Source: Eledone cirrhosa (Eukaryota). From it: a DNA stretch of 64,000 nucleotides. The notes beneath the pieces are model-generated. The model made no database searches, had not been told where the DNA came from, and saw only the letters and a list, made by a program, of their open reading frames with translations. Both the position numbers and the translations under genes were made by a program. The stretch is taken from NCBI GenBank assembly GCA_964016885.1, contig OZ024744.1, forward strand, positions 99,758,001 to 99,822,000, given 5' to 3'. Below are positions 26,755 through 40,320 of this stretch, piece by piece. Positions within the stretch are counted from its first letter, which is position 1. Each line of letters begins with the position of its first letter.

Positions 26755-28730
26755 TCTCACTGAAACAACTGACACAACTACACACACAAAAACCAACACC
26801 AACAACAATAATGACAACAAGAACAAGAATAACAACAGCAACGATGATAACAACAACAACACCAACAACAACAGCAACACGAACAACTCCACAAACAAGG
26901 AAAAGATTTCTTCGCAAAAACCGTCCAAAAGATGGAACTGTTCACATACCTTGACATTTCCAATGCTAGGGAGTTGTTAAGTGATGCAAAACAATATATA
27001 ACTTTTGATGAGAGTGGTGCTTTCAGCATCATTTCTCCTCAACAGTTACGTAGAGAAACTATCCTAAAAACAGTAATTTTTAGGACAGTTTCAAATGTGT
27101 CGTAAAAACCAGTCCAATTATCCCAAAACGACATTGAACTGGTTCTGAAAAATTCCATGAAGGTAAACTTTTTGGAAGCATTTCGGTGTTGTTGAAAGAC
27201 CAATTGACACAAAAATATTCTGTGTCGCCGATTGTGTGCCCCCCCCCCCCCCTTTACACCTTTATCCCCACATATATGGGAAAAAGAACCCAGAAAATAA
27301 AAATTTCGAACATTGTACCAAATGTAAACGTCTGGTGGATTTTGACTGGCTTCATTGATTTCGATGAAGAGACCAACATTTCAGTGGGAAAGTCCTCCAG
27401 AGTCACATTCAATGGTACAAGCCTGGATGTTCTGGTCTAAATGAAGCCAGAACGGATAGCTAAAATACCCCAACGTATGCCTCTGGATGGGATTTCACAC
27501 AAACATTTCTGTTGAGGGAAGGCGGCCTTCATGTTACCACTGTTTAAGCAGTGGTCACCTGAAGGCTTACTGTCCTCAGCTAACTACAAAAAAAAAAGAG
27601 GTACTACTGCCAACACCCAAAACAACAACACAACCACCACCGCAACAACAACAACAACACGCAAACATAACCAAAACAAGAACAACAAACCAAACTACAA
27701 GCACAGTCCTACCCAACCCCTCTCCACCTAAAACCACTCAAAAACACCCACAAACACAACAGCTCCCCAAAACATACCTCTTCCAAATAACACAGACACC
27801 ACAACGGACGAGGCCCCCCCTCATCATCACCGTTCGAAAAGAAAGAAGGAAAGACACCACAAGAACAAAAAAGCAACAAACATCACTACAAACATACAAC
27901 CACCAACACAAACAACACAAACATTACAAACAAAAACCCCCCATCCCGAAAACAAAACCACATCACTCCAAACACAAACACCTACAACAAAACGAAAGCT
28001 CACACAAGAACAACAGACAAAAACCAACACAACACAACAAGAACATTACACATACATAAACAGTGAAAACAAAACTTTAATGGAAGTCATCTCCAACGAC
28101 CCTTCGGTGACCCTTCCAACTTTTTCGAACTGTGTAGACAAACCTAATTTAAAGATGATTAGGGTCCCTACGAACACCTATAAGTCTTTAAAGGAAAACT
28201 TTCCTAAGGAGGTGGGTAATCCTTGTGTTAAACCCATTAACCGCGTCCTTTTAAAATGTTTCCCCACCTTCACCCCAGACACCCCCACCCCACCAGACAC
28301 CCCTCCCCACCAAACATCTCCGTCCCCACCCCGCCAGAAACCACCACCCACCCAGACAACCCCTCCAACACCCCCATGGAAATCGTGCAGCCTGGTCCCC
28401 AGGAGACGAAGAGGTGAGTGATTTCTTTTCCTCTTCTTTTAACTTTTCAGCACCAACATGGCCAATATAAGAGTTGGATGTGTGAATGTACGCAGCCTGG
28501 AGATGCCCTGGAAACAGGGCAAACTCTTAAATGACCTCAGGTCGCACAGTATGGATGCACATTTTTTCGGGGGGGGGGGGGGGGGTATGTGTTACCCATA
28601 TGTAATGTCTCCCCCTATTGGGGAAAATCGATTAATTTTTCAATTACATTTGTGATAGCATTTTACACTTTTTATTGTATGTAAACTTCCCCCTTCTTTT
28701 GTGCCCCTATGGCTAATAAAGAAACATATC
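26755..28730 (+). mobile_element. Internally deleted Tx1/L1-like element (ORF1, start of ORF2, 3' UTR)
   Basis: CCHC knuckle CYHCLSSGHLKAYC; ORF2 start MANIRVGCVNVRSL; 3' end similar to 26540-26735. Confidence 0.65.
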
Positions 28731-28823
28731 TATCTATCTATCTCTCTCTCACTCTTTGTATCTCTATCGCTTTCTCTCTCTCCTTGTATCTATCTATCTA
28801 TCTATTTCTTTCTCTCACTCTCA

Positions 28824-28878
<55 letters not shown>

Positions 28879-29129
28879 TCTATCTCTCTTTCTCTAGAAG
28901 GAAATTGGTTGTGTTCTGACATGACGAGGGATGGGTTCCACCAGGTTTATATGGCCAAAGTTTGCAGAGTCGAGGGCTCATTATATGGCCAAGGAACGCA
29001 GTACATAATGATAGCACCTCAAAATACGTAGAGAGCTGAGGACTCATGGAATATTATATCATAATATTTTAGCTTAGATTTCAATGCCAGGAATTGCAAC
29101 TGGTTGATAGTATTATTAATAGGAAAGCC

Positions 29130-29875
29130 AAGGGCGGTGGATTGGCAGTATGGGTAGAGAGTTGGACGCCATCTTTGCAGCATAGAGTTACGGCCCTTTA
29201 TGAACTGAGTTCAAATCCCGCCGAGGTTAACTTTGCCTTTCATCCTTATAGGGTCGATAAAATAAAGTACCAGTCACACACTGGGGTTGATTTAATCGAC
29301 TTTCCCTCCCCCCAAAAAAAATTACTGGCCTTGTGCCTATACTAGAAATCAATATTAATAGGAAAGACCAATGGAAAGCTTATTTCCTTGGTTCAATCAG
29401 ACGAGTTCTACCCCTCACAGTAAGTGAATGAGGTCTGGGATCTTGTAAATTCAGATCATTTATTAATTATTATTAAGGCGGTGGATTGGCAGTATTGGTA
29501 GAGAGTCGGACGCCATGCCATGCTTTGCAGCACAGAGTTTGTAGCCCTTTACGTTCTGAGTTCAAATCCCACCGCCGAGGTTAGTTTTGCCTTTTATCCT
29601 TATGGGGGGGTCGATAAAATAAAGTACCAGTAATACACCGAGATAATTGCTGGCCTTGTGCCAAAAGTAGAAATAATTATTTTATGTTTTGGCAGTATCG
29701 GTAGAGGGTCGGACGCCATGCTTTCCAGCATAGTTACGTCCCTTTATGTTCTGAGTTCAAATCCCACCGCCGAGGTTAACTTTGCCTTTCATCCTTACGG
29801 GGGTCGATAAAATAAAGTACCAGTAATACACCGAGATAATTGCTGGCCTTGTGCCAAAAGTAGAAACAACTATTA
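29130..29875 (+). mobile_element. Three consecutive family A SINEs
   Basis: Copies at ~29130-29355, 29476-29680 and 29690-29875. Confidence 0.8.
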
Positions 29876-30225
29876 AGGCTTTAAATACACTGTTGCCCAT
29901 TTATATACTGGTTTTTAATGGTGGGCTACATCTTACAACTATTTTGATTTCTTTTCAATTATATTTTCCTCACCAACAATGTTGTAGATGATTTTCTTCA
30001 TGTATATTTACTTTTGCAAGTCATGGCAGCACAGCTATACTTTACTAATGAGGCTAAAAACAACAGAAATATGTCCACAGTTGTCTCTCTTATTTGAGGA
30101 AAAAATAAATAGAATATTATTAGTCATTAACTAAAAAGGGTTTTTCCCATTGCATATGCTATTCTATTTATGTATGACAAAAAAACAAAGGGGTCAATAA
30201 TATATGTATGACAGTAACAAGGGGC

Positions 30226-30384
30226 TAGGGCCGTCTTAACAGCATTATAGGGCCCCGGGCAAAGCAGAGCACTGGGGCCCCCTAGCTACACAACCACTCA
30301 CAGGAATAAAAATACAATAGGGCCCCCTATCTTCGTGTGGCTCCCGGGAAACGCTCAGCATGCCTATGCGTTAAGACGACCCTG
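30226..30384. mobile_element. hAT-type MITE
   Basis: TIR TAGGGCCGTCTTAAC/GTTAAGACGACCCTG; 8-bp TSD CAAGGGGC. Confidence 0.85.
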
Positions 30385-30392
30385 CAAGGGGC

Positions 30393-30621
30393 TTAACTCT
30401 TTAGCATTTAATCCGGTCATAACCAGCCAGAATTCTCTCACCTCTTTCTATTTAAACCAGCTGTAACTGGCCACTCATACTGATGTTAAACTATTGTACT
30501 CAAATTAGATAACATCCAAATCTCATAGCTTCAATATTATGTGAGATATTTATGTGAGGTAAACCCTTTACCATAAGAATACAATAGTATATATAGAGTA
30601 ATGTAAATGGTAAAGGGTTAA
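30393..30621. mobile_element. piggyBac-type MITE
   Basis: TTAA-CTCTTTAGCATTTA...TAAATGGTAAAGGG-TTAA. Confidence 0.75.
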
Positions 30622-30724
30622 TGACAGTATGACAGTAACATGAACGACAAGGGGTCTTAACAAATGATGTGGTCGTAAGGTGCATTTGAGACACTTGGCA
30701 TTGTATATATATATATCTGTGTGC

Positions 30725-30755
<31 letters not shown>

Positions 30756-30844
30756 GGAAAATTTTAACAGGAACAAAACAGAGAGGCAGTACAACGAATG
30801 TTTATTAATTTCACGCTCTTGAGAGTGGGGTGGTGGTGATATAT

Positions 30845-31066
30845 ATAGCATGATTAGGCTGTATAACTACTGTTGAAACATTTGTAAGCACTCAGAATAA
30901 ATTACCTTTTTATGATGTCTACCTGTTATTATTCATTCTTTATATATACACACACATATATATATAACAGTAGTTATACAGCCTAATCATGCTATGTGCA
31001 AATTGGTAATTATTTGTTTGCAGAAACTCAATTTTCAAATGCTGCTTCTACCGTTTCCTCAGAGCA
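30845..31066. repeat. Inverted repeat carrying the two halves of an HHR on opposite strands
   Basis: Plus: ctactgtt-GAAA-catttg-TA-agca (to 30890); minus: tgct-CTGAGGA-aacggtag..ctactgtt (31066-30966). Confidence 0.6.
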
Positions 31067-31163
31067 GAATAGTTAAAATGTAAATACCCTTGTATTTCTT
31101 AAAGGAAGTTATTGGGGAAGATAGAGTAGAAAAGGAAGAGAGAAAGAAGGGGAGAGAGAGAGA

Positions 31164-31255
<92 letters not shown>

Positions 31256-31423
31256 TGCAGGGGTTGGAGAAATGGGAGAGAGTGGTTTGAAGAATACAGA
31301 TAGCTTAAACAAAATGTTGTGGTAGGGGTTTTATTATACTGTTTACTCTCAAAGTAAACCTTAGGCATTGTGTTGATATAGTCAAGTTTGTGTATATATA
31401 TGTATATATGCATATATATATGC

Positions 31424-31483
<60 letters not shown>

Positions 31484-31504
31484 ATATATATATATAGATA
31501 GATA

Positions 31505-33240
31505 GATTACTAAATGAGGAGAATGCATGGGAAGAAGAGACCCTACCCCAAGTAGACCCTATAGAGGGACCAGCAGTACAAGTCGACAGCAGCGAGTAAG
31601 TAAGGCAATCAAAGATATGAAGACGGGGAAGGCAACCGGTCCAACGGGTATAGCTGCCGAGATGCTGAAGGCATCTGGGTCGGTAGGTCACACCATAACC
31701 ACACATATGTTTAACCAGGTAATAATAGGTGTCATATCAAAAGATTGGTGCAGTAGCATCATTATCAACTACTACAAAGATAAAGGTGATGCACTAGATA
31801 GAGGAAACTATAAAAGTATAAAGCTGATGGACCAGGTCATGAAAGTAACAGAAAGAGTTATAGCACAGTTGATTAGGGACCGGGTGAAACTAGATGAGAT
31901 GCAATTTAGGTTTGTGCCAGGAAGAGGCACCACTGATGCCCTCTTCCTTGTGAGGCAGTTACAGGAAAAGTACCTAGCTACAAGTAAGCCACTCTACCTG
32001 GCATTTGTCGATCTCGAGAAAGCCTTTGACAGAGTTCTACGTGCTGTAATCTGGTGGGCTCTTAGAAAACTAGGTGTAGATGAATGGCTTGTGAAAGCTG
32101 TACAAGCCATGTATAGGGGAGCAGTCAGCAAAGTTAGGATTAGCAATGACTATAGCGAGGAATTTAGCGTACAGGTCGGTGTCCACCAGGGCTCTGTTCT
32201 TAGCCCCCTCCTGTTCATCATAGTCCTGCAGGCAATAACGGAGGAGTTTAAGACCGTTGGAACTCCTGTATGCAGATGACCTCGAACTTATAGCTGAATC
32301 TATAGTAGAACTAGAGAAGAAATTCCAAACTTGGAAGCAGGGACTAGAAAGAAAGGGTCTCAAAGTCAACCTGACAAAGACTAAGGTCCTTGTAAGTAGA
32401 CGAGAAAACAGAACCCAGATCCCCTCAGGGAAATGGCCTTGCTCAATATGTAGGAAAGGTGTATGTAGGAACTCCATTCTCTGCCCCAAATGCAAACAAT
32501 GGGTACACAAGAGATGTAGCGGGATCTCAGGAAGCTTAACTAAGAATGTAGGCTTCACATGTAGCAGCTGTGCTGGGACAGCAAGCAGCAAACAGCCACA
32601 GGAAACAAGTACCACCAATCTCTGGGAGGGTTCTGTAGAAACAGTAGACAGCTTCTGCTACTTAGGTGACCGAATTAGCAGCGGAGGTGGGTGTTCGGAA
32701 AGTACAATAACTAGGGTAAGAACGGGATGGAAGAAGTTTAGGGAACTACTACCACTGCTAGCTGCAAAAGGCTTTTCCCTCAAAATGAAAGGCAGACTGT
32801 ATGATGCGTGTATTCGAACAGCAATGTTACATGGTAGTGAGACCTGGGTGCTGTCTGTGGAAGACTTGCATAGATTAGAAAGAAACGAAGCCTGCATGCT
32901 CCGATGGATGTGTAATAGTAATATACGCGAAGGGCAAAGCATAAATGAATTGAGAGAGAGACTGAGCATAAGAGGAATCAAATGTTGTGTGCAGGAGAGG
33001 CGGTTGCGTTGGTATGGACATGTGATGCATATGAAGGATGACAGCTGCATAAAAAGGTGCAGAGCTGTAGAAGTCGATGGAAACCGTGGAGTGGGGAGAC
33101 TCAAGAAGAGCTGGGATGAGGTGATAAAAGCCGACCTTACCCAATTACACCTCTCAAAGGCGATGACACACGGCCGTGACCTCTGGCGTCATGCAGTAAT
33201 ACAGAAGACACGATCCCCCATGGGTAAAAGCTGAAGCTGA
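31505..33240 (+). mobile_element. RTE-like LINE with RT followed by a PHD-like Cys/His domain
   Basis: GKATGPTG, FVDLEKAFD, GVHQGSVLSP, LLYADD; CSIC..C..C..WVHKRC..C..C; frameshift ~32257. Confidence 0.85.
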
Positions 33241-33691
33241 AGCATATAGTCAATATTCCCCCACCCCCTCCCATTGCAAGGTGGTCATGGAGGTGCCACG
33301 TCAAAAACGCACCCAGAACTCATAGGTTGGTGTTAGGAAGGGCATCCAGCTGTAGAAATTGAGCGAGAGTCAGTTCCCGTATGAGCAAGGCAAGGTCAGC
33401 CGACCGGACACTGCCCACAACAGGACAATCCGTCTAACCCATGCTAGGATGGAAGAACGGACGTAAAACGGTGATGATGATGATGATGATGACATCATCA
33501 TCATCGTCATCATCATCGTTTAACGTCTATCTTCCATGCTAGCATGGGTTAGATAGGTTTGTCCCACTTGAGGCAAGTTTGTTCGGGTGAGTGTCTCGCT
33601 TGTATAGAACTATTTCTGTCTGGTTTTCTACGGCTGGATGACCTTCATGATGCCAACTACATTTACAGTGTGGACAGGGTGCTTTTACAAT

Positions 33692-34580
33692 GTCTCCTAC
33701 ACGACCACTTTACAGTGTAGACTGGGAGCTTTTTGTTGAGACACCTACATGACCACTTTACAGTGTGGACTGGGAGCTTTTTGTTGTGACACCTACATGA
33801 CCACTTTACAGTGTGGACTGGGAGCTTTTTGTTGTGACACCTACATGACCACTTTACAGTGTGGACTGGGAGCTTTTTGTTGTGACACCTACATGACCAC
33901 TTTACAGTGTGGACTGGGAGCTTTTTGTTGTGACACCTACACGACCACTTTACAGTGTGGACTGGGAGCTTTTTGTTGTGACACCTACATGACCACTTTA
34001 CAGTGTGGGCTGGGAGCTTTTTGTTGAGACACCTAGATGACCACTTTACAGAGTGGACTGGGTGCTTTTTGTCATGACACCTACATGACTACTTTACAGT
34101 GTGGACTGGGTGCTTTTTGTTGAGACACCTACATGACTACTTTACAGTGTGGGCTGGGTGCTTTTTGTTGAGACACCTACATGACTACTTTACAGTGTGG
34201 ACTGGGTGCTTTTTGTCATGACACCTACATGACCACTTTACAGTGTGGACTGGGAGCTTTTTGTTGTGACACCTATACGACCACTTTACAGAGTGGACTG
34301 GGAGCTTTTTGTCATGACACCTACATGACTACTTTACAGTGTGGACTGGGTGCTTTTTGTTGAGACACCTACATGACTACTTTACAGTGTGGGCTGGGTG
34401 CTTTTTGTTGTGACACCAACACAACCACTTTACTGTGTGGACTGGGTGCTTTTTGTTGTGACACCTACATGACCACTTTACAGTGTGGACTGGGTGCTTT
34501 TTGTTGTGACACCTACACAACCACTTTACAGTGTGGACTGTGTGCTTTTTGTTGTGACACCTACATGACTACTTTTGTGT
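33692..34580. repeat. 48-bp minisatellite (~18 copies) inside a family C element
   Basis: Unit gacacctacatgaccactttacagtgtggactgggagctttttgttgt; smaller array at 47364-47580. Confidence 0.9.
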
Positions 34581-34636
34581 GGGCTGGATGTTACATACAT
34601 ACATACCTATATACATACATACGTACATACATACCT

Positions 34637-35668
34637 ATATACATACATACATACATGATGGCTGCCCTCTCGTTATCGAGTATGGCCATTGCACGAGAAA
34701 AAAAAATATATATATATACATATATATTAATAACAATAATAATAATAATAATAACGACAACAACAACAATAATAATATACATATACATATATATATACAC
34801 ACACACGCACACACATAAACATATCCCTACACACACACACACGATAGCAACTAACAGCGCTGCAATCGAATGTGGCTTTTTAGCCCAGCCAATGATCTAA
34901 AATGTCTTGCACAGAGTCGGCAACCAAAACATTCACTGGGAATAGCCGGCTGTGGTTGGAGTTCATGTACTTTTGCATGTCATTTGAGCCCTCCTGCTGA
35001 TTTACATTCTCTACCACATGTTTGGCAAGCATGATGAGTAGCATCTCCAACAGCAGCCTGGTAGTCAACCACTGGTCTTACTTTGTGACTGCAAAGATGA
35101 CTTTCGAGTCCAGCTTTGCTTAGGCAGAGTCTCGCACAGACGCTGCATGCCAGCACCATAGGAGGACCCTCTTCGTCTGGAAGTGCAACAGCAATGCCCT
35201 TCCTCACATCCCACTTTACTTTCTCGTATGCGATTCGAGATGCCTCAAAGGTAACTTTTCCCTCATATACAGTCTTTCTCCATTTATTACGATCAGCAGC
35301 AATATTTTCCCATGTATCAGCAGAGATGTTAGCGTCTTTCAAAGAGGCTTTCAAGGAATCCTTATACCTCTTTTTTGGTTTATGTGGTGGTCGTTTTCCT
35401 TTAACTAACTCTCCATAAAAGAGTTGTTTTGGTATTCTAGAATCCTTCATCCTGGCAAGGTGACCACTCCAACGTAGTCGTTGCTTAAGCACAAGAGCTT
35501 CTATACTGTCACACATAGAGCTTTCCAAAATCTCGACATCACTGATGTGGTCCCTACAGTGAACGCCATAGATCCGTCTGAGACACATCTGATGGAAACG
35601 CTCCAATTGCTTAAGGTGATGTCGATATGTGACCCAGGTCTCGCAGGCATAAAGAAGAGAAGAGAGCA
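34637..35668 (-). mobile_element. RTE LINE 3' end with C2H2 fingers, interrupted by microsatellite
   Basis: SSLLYACETW..RLRWSGHLARM..RIPKQLFYGEL..CSVCARLC..GLESH. Confidence 0.8.
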
Positions 35669-35780
35669 AAACACACACACATACATACATACATACATAC
35701 ATACCTATATACATACATACATATATACATACATACCTACATAAATACCTATATACATACATACCTATATACATACATAC

Positions 35781-36668
35781 AGGAAATTAACACGAAATAC
35801 CTGATTCACAAAAGAGATAGGGTTGCAGGCAAAACACTTAGATGTGATAACAAGTGCAGACTCTGCAGAACTAACATCGAGGATATCACCCATGTCATAA
35901 GCAGCTGTCCAAAGATGTCATCGCGATACTATCTACCTATGGAGCATGATGTAGTGGCCAAAACACTGTACAATGCAGTTCGTAAAAAAGATAGCCCCGA
36001 TAATAAACACATTAAAAGCTACAGCAATGTGGAAGACATCCATGTACATAATATGAAAAAGTACTGGTGGAATGTTCCAGTAAAAACCCCAATAAAATGC
36101 AGGCATAACAGACCAGACATAATGATATGGGACAGGGAGAAGAAGACATGCACAGTAGTGGAAATTAGCTGTCCAGCAGATGCCAATATAATATCAAAGA
36201 TTAGCGAAAAGGAGAATATTTATACAGACCTGATGAGAAATCTGCAGATACTCCACCCTGATTACACCTTCAGATTTATGCCTGTGATTATTGGGGCACT
36301 GGGATATGTTAGTAACTGCCTCAATACAAATCTTGAGAAGCTAGGCTTCACAGGAACAGAGAGAACACAACTAGTTAGGAAATTACAAGTACAATCCATT
36401 AATGGAACAGTAAAAATATGTAAACCATTCCAAAAATGTTGCATCTAATAACTGCATAGATACAAAGCATATACACATGCACACATACTACTCAAAATAT
36501 CCACATCCATGCATACAATAACATCCATATCTACACATGCAGACATGCATACATAATGTACCTTGTTGATGTTGTGTAAATTCCAATGAGAGAGTCTTGT
36601 GTCTATGTTAGAAACTGACTCTCTCTCTATTGGTAAAACTTTGTGAAATTATAAAACCAGAAGAACAT
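35781..36668 (+). mobile_element. R4/Dong-like RLE retrotransposon 3' end
   Basis: CRLC..HVISSC..HD..HNRPDIMIWD..EISCP (CCHC plus PD-(D/E)xK); (CATA)n flanks. Confidence 0.8.
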
Positions 36669-36690
36669 ACATACATAGATACATACATTC

Positions 36691-36721
<31 letters not shown>

Positions 36722-37171
36722 CATACATACATACATAACATACATGGATACATACATAACATACATGGATACCTACCTACATATATACCTATATACCTAT
36801 ATACATGGTGGTAGCTGCCAACTCATTTTCGAGTACGGCCACTACTTTATATCCATGTAGGAGAACCCCTACCGATGCGCTGAAATAGTGTGACTTTTTA
36901 ATCCAGCCAGCTACTTGAAAACTCTGCTACAAACACTACACCTGTGACAATTATTGTCACATAGTGCTGGGCCCATGGTACCATGTGGCGACAAGTGCAG
37001 AGAGATCTCCAGATATAAAGCAATGCCTGTGCCGTGAAGCTTTTATAGTGAGCAAAGGCACTGCACAAAGCCAGTCCCACTCTCTTAACCAAGATGATAT
37101 TTACCAAAAAGAAGAACAAGTCAACATCATTGGATACCATCAGGGTTGCAGGTGTTATATCAGAGTTTTCA

Positions 37172-38930
37172 AAGTTAAGACTGATAAGATACATTACCAG
37201 AAGGACATCTTTCAGGGTGATAGCTTGTCAGTGCTACTCTTCGTTCTCTCACTAAATCCACTATCTTACCTACTCAGGAAACAAGGTGGACAAAGAAGTG
37301 GGTCCAGAAGTATCTCTCATCTTTTCTTTGTTGATGACCTGAAGTTGTATGGGCCAAATATCAATGACATCAAGAAACAATTGGACCTCATTACACAATT
37401 TTCAACAGACATCAAATTTGGTGAGTCCAAGTGTGCATATTTGGCAGTAAAACGTGGAAGAGCTGTGCCCTCCTCTAGAAATCTAGAGATGAACGGCCTG
37501 ACAATACAACCTCTACAGTCAGGTGACAACTACAGATATCTTGGACAGGATGAGAATGTCAGATATGATGGACCCATAAATAAGGAGAGAACCAGAACTG
37601 AATACCTCAGAAGAGTAAAGAAAATATGGTCATCAAAACTGTCAGCATACAACAAATACATTGCCCACAATACTTATGCTGTGCTAATTCTAATGCCAAC
37701 ATTTGGCCTGCTGAACTGGTCATTGCAAGAACTAAGTGAGATGGATGTTAGAACTCGCAAACTTCTCAGTGTTACTGGGAACTTTAACATCAATGGTGAT
37801 GTGGATAAGCTATACTTCTCACGCAAGGAAGGTGGCCGGGGTCTAAAATCCATATTAACATCATATGAGACCCGGATAGTAACACTGAAGCAACATCTTC
37901 AACAGAGGAAAAGGTTGGCAACCATCTTGCCCAGGTTTATGAGCATGAAGAAAAAAGTATCATTAGGATAGCCACTGATCTGGAGGAGAGATATGGAATA
38001 AAGCCTGATATAAATCTCTCACCCAGAGAAATCGGAAGATCCTATTCAATGTTCAAACAAGATGAAAAAATTGACCAATTTACAGAAAAAGTTGTGCATG
38101 GATACTTGAGACGTAAAACACAGACCATAGAGGGGATAAACCACTCAAAAAGCCTGGCATGGAGTTCCGACAAGTTTATGACATCACACCTTGAGGGATA
38201 TCTCTATGCAATTCAGGAACAAGAACTCCCTACCAAATATCTGCTGCACAAAAGAGGAGGGCCATCAGCTGACAATAAATGTAGGCTATGTAAAACAAAG
38301 ATCGAAGATGTTAGCCTCATTATTGCCAGCTGCGAAAGAATGTCATCTCGTTACTACCTCCCCATGAGGCACGATGGGATAGCTAGAACCATCTGGAACG
38401 CACTTCGGAAAACAAAATTAACAACAAATGAGGAAGAATATATTGAGACAGATGGCACTAAGGAATACTGGTGGAACCTGAAAATAAAAACTGCCACCAA
38501 ATTAAGCACAACTGGCCTGATATTGTTGTTTGGGACCACACATTGAAAACGTGTTCTGTTGTGTAGATCAGCTGCCCATTTGATGTAAACGTTGTCAGAT
38601 AAATACAAGAGAAGGGGGACATCTACGGACCATTGATGAGGAGTTTACAAATCCAGTATCCAAGATACACCTTTAGCTTCATACCCTTCATTATTGGAGC
38701 TACGGGTTATATACCAACCGGCTTGGACCAAAGTATGACTGAATTTGGATTTGCAGACAAAGAGCGCAGCTCCCTAATTCAGAGTCTACAAATGGCTGCG
38801 AGAGCTGGCACCTTCACAATTTTCAAAACCTTATTGCGATTAAAGGGATGACAATTTCTTTTCTTTTACAACCTTGCCCCCAGGAAGGTGGCCGGTCAAA
38901 AAATATACTCGAAATTAAGAGAAAGAGATA
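37172..38930 (+). mobile_element. R4/Dong-like RLE retrotransposon (RT plus RLE), decayed
   Basis: IFQGDSLS, SHLFFVDDLKLY, YRYLG, EGGRGL, AIQEQ, CRLC; several frameshifts. Confidence 0.8.
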
Positions 38931-39193
38931 ACATACATACATAGACATATGAATACTGTGTTAGTGACCACAAAAAGTTAAGATATAAAGAAAGAAATTA
39001 CTCATACATAATTTCTAAGGATGAGTAATTTGTTTTCTATTAGAATCAATGTCCTCTTGTAAGTCTTAATAAAACTTCTGTATATAATTCTCTATTGTTG
39101 ATTCTTTCTTACAGTGACAAAAGAATTTTAAATCATAATCAAGTCTTCTTTGTACTGGGTTGTTAAAAAGCTGAAACATTTGTATTAGAATAT

Positions 39194-39529
39194 TTAACCC
39201 TTTAGCATTTAAACCGGCTGTATCTGGCCAGAATTCTCTCACCTCTTTCAGTTCAAACCAGTCATAACAGGCTGCTTATACTTATCTTAATCCTTTAACA
39301 TTTAAACCGACTGTATCTGGCCAGAATTCTCTCACCTCTTTCTGTTCAAACTGGCTGTAACTGGCCACTCATACTGATTGTTAAGGTATTGTTTTCAAAA
39401 TAAATAATATCAAAATCTCATAGATTCGTATATTATGGGAGATATTATTTGAGATAATTATGTGAGGTAAAGCCTTTACCTTCAAAATATAATAATATAT
39501 AGAGAGTAATGTAAATGGTAAAAGGTTAA
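39194..39529. mobile_element. piggyBac-type MITE with partial internal duplication
   Basis: TTAA-CCCTTTAGCATTTA start, repeated near 39287; AAAAGG-TTAA end. Confidence 0.7.
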
Positions 39530-39868
39530 AGTCTGCTGCGAAGGTGAGGATCATCACACTCCACAGCTGAACAGAATAAAATTCTAAAATATCAGGAATT
39601 ATTAGATATTTCACTTTTTTTTTTTTAACCTGAAACATACAAAATATTTAAGGGAGTTTGTGTCACTGACAATGAGGTTTTTGTCATTGTCGGTGGCTCA
39701 TCTTACAGGTGATGCTCCTTGTAAGGGTGCTTGGTTGTTTCAATGCCTTATCCTCGCTATCACTCATGGCAATACGTTGAGTATGTTGGCTTGCCTAAAA
39801 GGTTATTAGAGAGAAACTCTACCATTCCTTGTAGTGTATAATTGAGTGGGTGTGTCTTCTACCTTCTT

Positions 39869-39904
<36 letters not shown>

Positions 39905-39908
<4 letters not shown>

Positions 39909-40320
39909 AATAAATGCAAATTAGGCTGCTCAGACGTTAATTTGCATAAGGAAAGTATATACTTTCAAAAGTTCAATCATCTGACAGGAAGGTATACGAT
40001 GCTGACGATAGCTAATAAGCTTGAAACTAGTTCATCGTTCCTGTGTCAGTGTTGAACAAAAGGGCGACGATGGTTGCCGAACACTGTACGACTTAATTCG
40101 GGCTGTTTGTTTACAAGCAAACCGAACATTATAATAAATGTTCGGTAAACCCACACGTACATATATATATATATATGTGTGCATGTATGTATATATATAT
40201 ACATACTACTGTACGTCTGAATACATATATGTATGTACATATACATACTTACATTTAAGTATCAGCTGTACTAAGAGTGAGAAATGAAATTTCATTTCAT
40301 TCTTTTCCATTTATATTTAT
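39905..40320 (+). mobile_element. Diverged monomer of the 464-bp retrozyme-like family
   Basis: Homologous to the 1867-2330 unit, circularly permuted; (TA)n flanks. Confidence 0.75.
39996..40038 (+). ncRNA. Minimal type I hammerhead ribozyme
   Basis: acgatg-CTGACGA-t agct aata agct t-GAAA-ctag-TT-catcgt. Confidence 0.75.

Noticed and set aside
29973-30054. Possible minus-strand exon with a good acceptor and GTGAG donor, ending MKKIIYNIV
   Set aside because: Splice signals alone are insufficient; no downstream exon identified
33749-34900. Cys-rich repeat ORFs (MTTLQCGLGAFCCDTY)n, or a CRISPR-like array
   Set aside because: 48-bp tandem minisatellite without unique spacers, interrupted by stops, derived from a LINE 3' UTR
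36964-37171. N-terminal part of the 335-aa ORF
   Set aside because: Chance read-through from the antisense strand of a different repeat into the RLE RT fragment
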